Notes under the pieces: generated by a model
Database searches by the model: none
What the model was told of the DNA's origin: nothing
What the model saw: the letters and a program-made list of their open reading frames with translations, nothing else
Assembly: GCA_040954595.2 (NCBI GenBank)
Contig: CM082581.2
Span: 10,601,099 to 10,665,098 of the forward strand
Direction of reading: 5' to 3'
DNA length: 64,000 nucleotides
DNA from: Balanoglossus misakiensis
Lineage: Eukaryota; Animalia; Hemichordata
Shown: positions 14,369-26,335 of the stretch, piece by piece
Numbering within the stretch: position 1 is the first letter of the stretch
Layout: the number at the start of each line of letters is the position of its first letter
Program-made: the position numbers and the translations under genes

Positions 14369-17300
14369 ATGGCCACTTGGGAAGCGGGACTTAATCGCGG
14401 ATCGCCGGATCCTCCTGAACACCAAGGCGGATTTAAAAGGAGAAAAAGCAGTCGAGCTGATTTTAAAAATGTGGAGAGGTTGTTACGAGTTGAGCGACTC
14501 GCCGAACTGACCAAGGAAAGCTTTCAGGCAGCAAGTCTCTTGGATCTGGGAAGATTACAGCATTGTTTGAAAAGTGGGGTCAATGTGAGGTCAGTGAATG
14601 AGTTAAAAGAAACACTTCTGCATGTTGCCTTGCATGCTGTCAAGAGGAGAGTAAAGTTGAGACATTACAGGCGACAGAGGTCACTCCATCAGCAGAGACA
14701 AGAGGAGAGCTGTGGAGGGACAAAATGGAAGTCAAAAGACACAGATGATGAGGTAGAGGAGAAATGTACGTAGTAATGTAAATTGTCAATTGTTCATATC
14801 AAAATGAATCAACCTGGCAATTTTATAAGTATCTTTAAAATAACAAAGACAGTATATTGATATTACCGTAGCTGCAGACAGCAACCTGCAGGTGCTATGT
14901 TCTTGAACTTTTGAGATTGTATGAGACAGTCCCTGCAAAATTGATGCTTTTTGGGGGAAATTTTATATGCATTTGTTGAGCTGAATTGCAAAAGCAATTA
15001 AGATGACTGAACTATATAATCCATGTTGAATTATGAAGGATTGGTAAAGAAACTATAGTTCTCTTTCTTTTTCTGTCAGGCGAAGAAGACATTGTAAAGT
15101 TTCTGATTGAGGCTGGCAGTGATGTCAATTCTCAAGATTTCTATGGCAACACCTGCGTGCACATTGCTTGCAACGATAGCATGCTACACATCCAGGCACT
15201 CATGTACGAGCTCGCCAAACCCGACATCTCAGTCTTCAGTTACAGTGCAAACACCAGGCCCCTGGACGATGCCTGCAAGATGGGCCATCTCAAGACTGTC
15301 GAGATGCTTCTTGGCCATCTTGATGATACCCTGGAGAAAGTACCCTCCTCCAGCGTTGGTTCCGGTGCGCGCAAAAAGAGAAATGGAAACCTCACGAAGC
15401 AGTCCTATGCTGAACCATCAACCAGTGAACTGAAATCTGCCTTGGACTGTGTTAATGAAGATGCATATACAGCATTACACTATGCTGTGATGGGAGGTTA
15501 GTAACATTTCCACTGTGCAAATGTGGAGGTTAAGAAACTGTATATAAAATCTACCAGTGTTAACCTCAAAGGTTGCCTAGTAACCGTTATTTTATGTGAG
15601 TAATAAAGTGTCTGTTGTATGTTTGCAAGAGTGGCTGAAGAGGTTTGTACATATCGGTAGGTGTGTGACTATGTATATGCTGCAGGTAGGGGTCAAATAT
15701 GTACAGGCAACATGCATAGCAGTTTACTCAGTAGCTAAATATATGACGTATGATGTACATCAATGACGTATGAGGTTTCTCTGTGACGGTAGAAAAGTTC
15801 CTCCAGTATGACGCAAAAGACATTATTCAATTTAAATATAATATTTTACAGCTTCAACTCAAAATAATACAATAATCAATTCTCAAAATGGGTTATGAAT
15901 GGTTTATGCACAGGGATATCCAGATAGTTAGAGGATTTCTTGTTTGTTAATGTCGTTCCCATCTGGATTCGAACGATAATGTTGATCTAAATGTTATCAC
16001 ACTTGTGTAATTGGTTTGTGAAGTTGATTCCAACTTTGCTACAGTTGTTGTACAGTTTATATGCTTTGCGGCAAACACAAACAGGATTAATGGTTTCTTA
16101 CCCGGTAGGATGCTTCGCCAGTTTGTTTAAATAAGACAATAAAACCAGTCAACTGATTGGCGCTACCCTGACTTTATTTAATAGCCCTGTGTGTGGTAAA
16201 AGCACGCGTAGATAAAAGTCTTGCTTTAGCAAGCAATGTGAAGTGTAAGACGATCCTCTTACGACACCCGTAATACCCCACTGTTAGTATTGTAATCAAT
16301 CTCGATATAACCTCTTTGAATTTACCGCAACATCAACAACTGGGCGCCGAAACTGAAGTAAGATAAGGAACAACTTGGCAAACCAAATGTGCAAGTATGG
16401 TAACATTTAGATCAACATTATCGTTCGAATCCAGATGGGAACGATAGTAATGATATGTATGATGTATAATTAAAAATGGATAGATGTATGTTTGTAAAAT
16501 CCAGATCTGATCAGTTCATTTCTTTATGTCTACCCCCCTCCAGGGAACCCTGATCTGGTGTCCTTTCTCCTCGCAAAAGGGGCAGACCCCTTGTTGGGAA
16601 GCGACGACGACGACAATGGACAGAAGAAAACCCCCCTCCATCTGGCAGCTGTGAGGGGGCAAACAGACATCGCTGAGATGTTAGCTGATGCCAACAGTCT
16701 TCTTGTGAACCTGGAGGATATACACGGAAATACGCCTTTGCATGTGGCCGTGTTGAAAGATAAAGTGGATGTTGTTGAAGTAAGTCCTCGCTCTGTTCTT
16801 GCAGGAATACTGAGGGATTCCAATTGTATTCTTGGAATACTGCTGGTGTATGTATCATTAATACATTGCAATACAGTGGTACTTTTTTGAAACAATAGCA
16901 GTATACGCCATCCCTTGCTTTGATCATAGGTGCAGCTGTTTCCACTTGCTTTTGTTTATTTTGTGACTTAAAGGCCAGGGTCAAACTATTTTCACAGAAT
17001 GCAACATCTGTTCTTTGCACTCCAGTCAATAAAGTCAACACATTACCCGTTTGTTTTATCAAAATCCATAATTTGGTAATACAGTGCCTGACTCAGGACT
17101 CAAGTGATCTCTGATTGGCTCATTCTTGAAATGATTACACCAGACAGCCAATCATTATGAGGCTGTCTGTAGGTTGGCCTCAGATACCAAAAATCTGTCG
17201 TATGTATCACAGCCAGAATAAGTTGGACAGCAATACTTGGTGTTACCCTGAAACTGTAAAATATATACCTAAATTGAGGAATCAGTTTCTAAGGAAATGA

Positions 17301-20300
17301 GGTAAAGTATCTTTTTTTTAAAAAGAAAAGTCTTGAGTCTTTGTTGATTGTACGAATTAAGACATTTATAACTTCACGCATGTGCTTATGATTTGTTTCA
17401 GGTGTTGGTCTCAAAAGGTGCCAATTTGAAAGCCAAGAATGAAGCAAAGAGGACCCCTTTAGACGAGGCGCTCCTTAGAATTCCTGTCAACGAAGACATC
17501 GTAGATCTTCTGAAAAATAAAACGGTAAGTCTCTTCGATGGCCACAACAGTGGACAGTGGTGGTGTATAATCACTATGCCAGCTGTTGTGAAATTGAATT
17601 GACTGTTGTCTGGTGTACAAACAATAATCTGTTTCAGAAATATTTATTCATAACTTGGCATTTAAAATTTGAGGGATGAGATTCCTGGTATAGTGGTATT
17701 GTACTTTTTCAAACACATTTCAGTTTTATACCGTGTACCTTAAACTGAGAATAATACTAAAGACACATGTAAATGATATTGTCACCTGCAGCTGTATCAG
17801 TAATTTTTCACAACCCGTATAAGTGAATAATTACCAAATTATACATGATTGCCTTGGCAAAAGTTCTTTGGTTGTTTTGTTCAGTGATCCCATACCCATG
17901 TGCAGTACCAGCAGAAAATGCAAAGTTTAATTTTTACCATATGAGAGTTCGGCGCCCATTGTACGTGTGCAAGTTGGTAAGGAGTGACTCAGTGTGTATA
18001 TTGCAGTCTTGCACAAACACCTGCCACATTTATCATGCCTGCATTGTTCTCATTTCTGATGCATCTCGTGAAACATTCACCCCCTCAAATCATACGGTAG
18101 TCTAGTAGAGAACACTATTTTTGCTGGTAGAAAATCTCTACCATTTCGCTATACATCTGTATGTTTGCCAGGGAACTGAAGTGCTAAAATTTGTGTTTTA
18201 TCTTCAATAGAGCAAAAAGAAAACTAAGGATATGGCCAAGAAGGAACAATCTAGCAACCTCTTTTCTAAACTGACTGAGATCAAAGACATTGGTGGAAAA
18301 TTCCTGAAGAAGGATCGGGAAAAGAACAAGGAATATTCCGACACAGAGGAAGACAAGGAAGAATTGGATCCACAGAGTCTGGAATTTTTAGACGCAGCGA
18401 GTGTTGGAAATTGTGGTGGCATTGTTTCATGTCTGAAACAGGGCGTTAATCCAGGTAGATGAATATAATTTAGCTAGCTCAACAATGGTTTGGCAATGAA
18501 TTCAACAATGCCAGCTGGTTGTCAGTTTAGCTCAGTTCAATAAGGGATTAAATATCAACCAAGTTCTGTAAATAGGTATCTCTACGCATATTGTAGTAAT
18601 AAAGACAGACCATCTTTAATATTGACTTTGTCCTCAGATGTCCAGAACAGTGCTGGAGAGACAGCTCTCCATATAATCATCGAACAGGGTCACCCTGACC
18701 TTCACTCATTATTGGCCACCATATTGGAAGCAGGAGCCTCACCAGATGTGACAACAAATAATAAACAAACTCCACTGCACTACGCAGCATCTACAGGTAA
18801 GAACATTTTCAGCACTTCACTTTGTTGAATCTTTTGCACAGTGAATTCCATCATACTGTTATCATACATTTGTCATACACTTGTGTGTGGAATTTGTATG
18901 ATTCTTTTTTAAATCAAGAACAACATTTGACAGGTTACTGACTGGTTGAGAACTCGTATTCAGTTTGAAAACAATAAATGTCTGTGTTTGCATGGCAGGT
19001 TCCTCCGTGGCAATGAAGTTACTGCTGGACCGAAACGCTGACCCAAACATCCAAGATGTGAACGGTGAAACTCCACTGTTTACCTTGGCAACCGAGAAAC
19101 TGACGGTAGAGCAATCCATGACGTGCGGCAGATTGCTCGTAAAACATGGAGCCAACGTCAACCTTGCAGATGATAATGGACTCACACCATTGCATGTTTG
19201 TGAGTTTCAACTTCAGAATTTCCAAAAACATTTTGTCTGATGAATTTGAGTGTATCAAAAAGGCAAATTCTCTTTCTTTGCTGCCCAAATTAAAAAAAGT
19301 ACCAAACAAATCTAAATAAATAAACCATGTAACTATTTACATCATGACACAATATTAACCTTAGCCTTTTCCTTACAGCTTCCAAGTATGGCAAAAAGGG
19401 TTTGATGAAGTTATTCATGGAAAATGGAGCTGATCCTGCCATAGGTAAAATTTTGATCTATCTAAAAAGATTGCACCAACCAAGACCACAAATCCAGAAC
19501 CTATCAATAAAATAGATTGATTACAAAAATGAATTGAGGCATGGTGGCAAAAAGCATAAACTATTATGAAGCCTTCAAAGGATAAAGTTTGAATCAACAG
19601 ACAGGGCTCGATGTATAAATGATCGACATATAATTTCTCTCTGTTTCAGTGGATGCCAATGGAAGAACTCCTTTACACCACATTTTCAAACTGGCCCATG
19701 ACTCGCACGACGAATACATCAAAATTCTTGTACCAAGTCACGGCCATCCAATGATTGACATCAAGAACAAGACCGGAGATGCTCCATTGCACATGGCCGC
19801 TCGGAACCAGTGTCCGAACACCATGATATCCCTGCTGGAGATGGGTGCTGATCCCAACCTGGTCTCGGGGAAAGTGCCCAGGCAGATGGCGTTAGAGTTG
19901 CTCTATCAAGACTTCCTTGTGAACAAAAATGAGGTATGGGGAATATTTAGTTATACTCAACTGCAGAGTGGCCTGTATGCCAAATTATGGCAATTGCCAC
20001 TGAAGCAATTTTCTGTGAGAAATCTCAATTTTCATAAAATTTTGATATTTGAGTGTACGGTAATTGTCATTCTGTCTACGTGTGTAATGGATAGGCATTT
20101 TTACTTGTTTATAATTTGTAAGATGTAGTGGGTGCTAATTCCCAGTATTTTTTTGTAGGATCATGAGATTACCAATGACTTCAGCATAGCAGAGAGCATA
20201 GCTGAACCAGAATTAATAGTGAAATCACCATCGCCAATCCTGACAGCCATGAACTACAGCAAGATATTTGCTCACATTGCTGAATCCAAAGATAATAACG

Positions 20301-23300
20301 CCACGTATGCAAGTAAGTTTCAACACATTGTTAGGTTCATATGCTCCTGGAAATGGGTTATCTTGCCATTCTCGGTGATGTGTCTGCACAAGAAATTAAC
20401 GTGAAATGAATCTTTTGATTTCAGCACTCTCAGCTTCCTGTGAGGACCTGACTGTGGATCTGATACAAACCTGCAGAAACATGGACGATGCAAGGATCCT
20501 TCTCCAACACAAGGATTACTTCCTCTACAAAACTGCTTCACAGGATCAACACAAAAAGGTATGCATGCCTTTTATTGGCATCTGTATCGATCCTGATTGC
20601 TAAACTCAGAATGATCTGTGTCTGGTATTTCTGATATTTCAAGACAAAGATGGACAAAGACAATTTACAACCTTAATGGTGATTTTTCATTCATTTTATT
20701 GTCTGAGTACTTGCCCTGTGTTGAGAATGAATGCATGATACAGTAAATTAAATTCATGGGTAAAAATGGAATAGAACATAATTTTATTACATTTCTATAT
20801 CCAGTCATCGATTCCATGGCAATACATCAGTATAAAGTAATGAAAAACTGGCCTTTCCTAAACGACTGCTGATGCATAAATATGAATAGGTCTGCATCAA
20901 CTGAGCAGTTGCCTAGGTTACCAGGTATCCATCGTGTCGAGTGATGAAGTAATTAGAGTTTGAAATCTGACATAAAAATGCCCAGCAACACTCTGCGGGT
21001 TATGATGAATATTTCAGAAGTACAGTCCATATGTCTTTGTCATATCTATAGAATATTTGTGTCACAGTGTTGTGTGTGTCTTAGCTGTGAATAATTCTTG
21101 GCAGGTTTGAAAAGGCTGCGAGCCTTGAGGCTGGATGTGCTGGTTCAATCACTTCTATGCCTCTGTCATACCACTTCATAGATCACATCCATCAAAAATC
21201 CACCAAAAGAGAAAAAAATGGGGTTTTAATTCACCAACAGAAGTGCAACATTTAGCAAAGAACAGAATTTCTTGCATGTTTATTTCCAGTTTTAACGACA
21301 TTATCTTGCATGAACTTTGGACCCTTTGGAGTTTATGGAGAAGTTGCTGGTAGTAATTGTGAAAGAGTTTGTGAAATAAAATATTTGCCACAGTAGATCA
21401 TCATGTGAAAATATATTTTGTACCATATGGTATGAAAAATAAATTTGCTAGTGATGAAATTTCACCTAGCTACCACTATACCAAATCATGCTGTTTTGAA
21501 GTATAAGATATAATTCTTCATATTAAAAAATGTGTTTGCATATTTGATGGAAAGTTCATTTCTATCTTATACATTTATCTATTGTCTTTTTTCTCTCTCC
21601 ATGCAGTTCATGTATGCCACTTACATGCAGAGATTCCTACAAGAAGTGTGGTACGGCAAGGTGTTCAAGTCTTACAAAACATGGCGTCTGGTCTTGTATC
21701 CCACCATTTACATCCTCTCTCCGATAATATATCCCATAATGCTCTTAGTCTACCTGTTCCTGTGTCTACTCTTCGGTGTGTGGGTGCCGAGGAACCGCGA
21801 CCGCGACGACGGTTGCTATGCGTGGCGTAAACCCTTCCAGAAGTATTTTAGATTCTTTTCTCTGTCCACAAAGTACAGTCCGTACATCAAGTTCGTCGGT
21901 CACCTCACGTCGTTCCTCTGTTTCATCCTGGTGGTGTCGTTCAAATGCCTCTTGCCGTTCGACTTCCGGAACCCGATGCCGGTGCCCGCCGTCGACTTCA
22001 TCATCCTGCTGTGGACGGCCGGCATGATCACGAACGAAGCGAAACAGTATCGCATGTCGAGTTCGTTCGCCGCCTACATGACGGTTAACTACCTGGACTT
22101 CATATTCCTGACGACGCTGACGATTTCCTACACCATGCAGTTCATCGCGCTCTTCTACACCATCGCCAACAACTACGACATCAGCGACGAGGAGTACAAC
22201 ACGACTGCACAGTGGGTCATCATCATCCTGATGATAGCCGATGTGATATTCGCCCTGAACACGCTCATCATTTTTGGGAGATTGCTCACATATTTTCAAG
22301 TTAGTCCATTCCTGGGACCACTTCAGATATCTCTCTTTCGCATGGCCTGGGATGTGATCTTTGTGCTGGTCATCTTAGGTGAGTATGAGGTTTTTTCATA
22401 TGTGTTAACAGTATATGGGCACTTACGCAAATTTAGTCATAATTACTATGGAAGTTATCATTGAGATATTGGAGATTCCTTGCTCCTGCGAGTATAACAA
22501 AAAAATAAAACTACTTGAAACAAAGAACAAAAAACCAACAAAATTATCAAGTGGTATCTACCGGAACTGTCTGTCTCTTTCACTTCATGGGACCATTTCC
22601 TATCTCACAAAACTGAACTGGACACTTTCTCCAACTTGTTTGCAGGAATCGTGATGTTTGCCTTTGCTGCCAGTATGACTAAGGTCTACATGGTCGGTCT
22701 TTACACCATTCCACCTGGATTGAACGACACAGAACTACAAGAGAGGTTGTACCCGAGTGTTGGTCCTCCACTCATTCCAGATACTGTCTCCAGGTATTGC
22801 AACTTAGTAATTTATTACTAGATTAGTTTTTATACAAAGTTGGTCAGCAGAGAGAGAGAGAGAGAGGCCGGGGGTTGGGGAGGGAGCCAAACTACAACAA
22901 TTAAAGAAATGAATTTCAACTGAATTATAACCTACTTGGAAATTGTCATACTATATGTTCAAAGGGATGTGAAAAAATGTTTTCACTATGTGAATTTTTT
23001 TACTGATTTTTAATCTTTTTCACTCAGCATGGGAGCCACGCTAGTCAGCTTGTACTGGTCTCTGTATGGATTGCTTGATGTTGAAGACTTTGAGAGTTAC
23101 TACTCAGTGTCCAATGCTGTGGGAAAAGCTCTGCTTGGGTTGTATCTCATTCTGGCTGTCATTGTACTCCTCAACATGTTGATAGCCAAGATCAGTAACA
23201 CATATGCAAATATTCAGGTATGCCTCTTTCTTTGATCATCTACCGTATCTTCTGTAGTTAAAGTCTCACTGTACAGAACTTCTTTGCATTATTTTTATGG

Positions 23301-24636
23301 CTTTTAACATTCAGATTTGATCGTCTTTCAGGAAAATTCCCGTGTGGAGTGGAACTATGCCAAAGCCACTTTGATCATTGAATATCAGGAGTCCCAGGAC
23401 TTGCCAATTCCTTTCAACTTCATCCAAACGATTGTGAGGGCGATTATAAGATTGTTCCGTAACTGTGGACGGTGTTGCAAGAGATCTAAGGTACTGTAAT
23501 ATTGAGTTTGCAAATTCATTCATAGTTAATTTATCGTATCATTTCCGTAAAAAATGTCCTTCCATATTTAGTAAAAGATTTCCATCTCTTCTACCAAATA
23601 CCGTAGGTTGTTGAGATTTCGGCTGAACCTGATAACACAGGAAAGGGAGACTTGGATTATGGCGAAGAAAATCTGACTTTCTTGGATGATGGTGGGATGA
23701 ATAATGTGAATGGTGCTTCTCCTGCAAATAGGTATGTGTACTGCCTACCATAACCTTAGTGTAGTATTCATTTTCATTAAATTTAGACTGTGAAACATTT
23801 AATTAAAATGGATCTGTGAGTGACTTCCACATGGCACAGTAGATATGGTTTAATATGAGGAGGGTATATAAAAATGGGTAAAAATATCCATTGATTTGAT
23901 TTTAGTGAAGCAAAACTCCGCAGTGACATAGACCAGGCATCAGGAAGTGAGACAAATAAGTCTTCTGGGAATGACTCTGGCAAAGTAACAGGGAACGGGT
24001 CCGGCAAAACATCTGGGAATGGCTCTACTAAGGCCAAAGAAAAAGAGAGAGAACTGGCAGAGGAAAAGAAAGAGGTGGACAGAATCCTGGCTTACGTAAA
24101 AGCAGATTATCTGAAAAAACAAGAAGAAGCCATGAGATATTCTTTAAAGGTATTTCTTGTATGTCTTGACAATGATTTTCATTTGACCGAGATATCATGG
24201 TTTATACCGTACATGTTCTGGCTGTGATATGGTTTGTCAGACACTTCAGGGAACCTATGAATGATTTGTTACGTTTTTATCAGCGTTGATCATATTCCGG
24301 TATGATCAAGCCCTGTTATATCGATTTCCCGCTCAATCTATCATTCACTTTCCAAGTCAAAGTTTGATATACGAGAATTTGCCAGTATGTGGTCTCAGCT
24401 CCCAATGCCTTGACTATATTTCATTTCCTTACAAACATTCCCCCTCGCAGGAACTGCATAACAAGATGAACTGTAAAATGCAGATGATGGAGGAGAAACT
24501 CAGACTGTTGTGGAATGAGGTCACAACCTGGAAGACAAACACCAATGCTAAGATGAAAGAAATGCACAAAAACTTCACCAACACACAGGAAGTTCTCAGG
24601 AAACATCTCCAGAAAAAATTTGCAGAGAAATCATGA
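14369..24636 (+). CDS. TRPC-type (short TRP) cation channel with an extended ankyrin-repeat N-terminus, 18 exons
   Basis: Phase-consistent exons start at about 14369, 15080, 16544, 17402, 18211, 18639, 18999, 19379, 19650, 20159, 20425, 21607, 22646, 23028, 23332, 23608, 23906 and 24451. Many G.TPLH ankyrin motifs. TRPC hallmarks: SPILTA, PYIKFVGH, LGPLQISLFRM, pore LYWSLYG, S6 VLLNMLIA, TRP box EWNYAK, LPIPFN and a C-terminal coiled coil. Confidence 0.88.
15953..16444. mobile_element. ~490-bp MITE with long TIRs in intron 2 of the TRP channel gene
   Basis: tcgttcccatctggattcgaacgataatgttgatctaaatgtta at 15953 has its exact reverse complement ending at 16444, and the pairing extends imperfectly to ~80 bp. 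TSD is not obvious. Confidence 0.85.
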
Positions 24637-25452
24637 ACACAATAAGAAGAATGATGCAGTAGCAAATCTTATATGAAAATATTCTTTTTTGATGTTTTAG
24701 TAAATGAAGCCTGACATGCACTAACCAGTGAGACAGAAGTAGCAATGTTTCTGTCTGATTTCGGGCTGTAAAAATCCAAATAAGATAGTTGCAAACAAAG
24801 GGGCCATTTTAACAGTCCTTCGTAAAAATCAATCATGATAAAACTCCTCTAACAAACAACAACAGTACTGATTTTAGAATTTTAGAATAAGTTTCCTTTA
24901 TTCAATCTTAAAGTCTTAAAAAATACATAAACACTGCTCTCCAAATCAAGTAGTTTTTAACATCCAACCTAACAGTCTCTGTACTTTTGAAGTTGTTGCT
25001 TGAATAATTTTGCTAGTCTCCCGTTTGAAAGGCAGGGCAGGTCCTACTGTGTAGCACACTGTTGCGGTTAGTCAGAACTTCTGAATGTAACTTGAATTTT
25101 AACTAGGAAAAAGTAATGTTAAAATCTCCCGTTTGAACTGGAACACCAATCAGAACTACTTTGTGTGTGAATTACTGTTAATTTTCTATTTTTTCCTGAA
25201 AAAAATTCTACATTTTTATCCTTACCAAAAATGAAAGTTTCAAAAGGTGCAAAATTTGAGAATTGATAAAGTTACAAAGGCAAAAGTCCCAAAAGAACAA
25301 GTCTTAACCAACGAAGTACAACCTGTAGTTACAAACTTCTAATATTACTACACAGTACTGATTCAACTGAAAGACTATGGTCTATAATAATTTCAGTGAA
25401 AATTTGAATTGGTGGTAACATCCAGGGGTAAACTGTCCTGAACATACAGACA

Positions 25453-25478
25453 TACACACACACACACACACACACACA
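25453..25478. repeat. (CA)n microsatellite
   Basis: Direct run of CA dinucleotides. Confidence 0.9.
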
Positions 25479-26335
25479 GTGACACAGGCACACACTCAGT
25501 GTCATGTACGCTGACAAGGAAATGTTCATGTCTCAGCTGCTCTTACAGTTTTACAAAATATATTCCAGACATTTCACTCTAACGCTGTAAATGTCAATAA
25601 ACCATGCCCCCAAATACTACTCTAACTGTACTCAACAAATTATGCAGAAAATATTGCACTAACAAGAAGACATGAAAAAATAAAAAAACAAAGCAATGTC
25701 CTCTACAAATTTTTGTAGCCTTGTTTTACAGAGTCCATGACAAAGAGATGCAGCTGCTGAAAACAGAAAAAAGGCACCCGGACATCGGCTCGTGATAGTA
25801 TATGGATGATGTTTACATGATAAAATACCGCTAGTTTTCGCAGTGATTTCACACATCGAACAGTAATTAGTCAATATCACTTTGTTGCAATGGGCCTGCA
25901 GGCCTGTGTTCATTCAATTGAAGCACCATTGACAGCCTCAGTACTGTTTCAGCACATTAGTTAATGACACACGATAACTGTGTGGCTATTGCAGTAGGAG
26001 ATTGACACTCCACTGGACTCCGATTGCTTAGATATGCAAATCAAGTGAATGAGAACTCATTTTATGCAAGGACATGGACACGCAAGGCATCAATCACACC
26101 TCTGTTATTACATGGCTGATGTCACAGTACCATGTTTTTTTTCCAAACATTCCGACTGAGAGAATCATTTAGAATCAATGACATACTGACTAAGATTAGA
26201 AGGCACAGCATATGTTCCTGAATTAATGTACCACAAATCACCTCATAACCAGGTACACTTCACTATTTGAGAGTAAAGACATATGACAGGACCAAAAGTA
26301 TACAAAACGAGTTGCCACAAAATTGAGTTTTAGGT

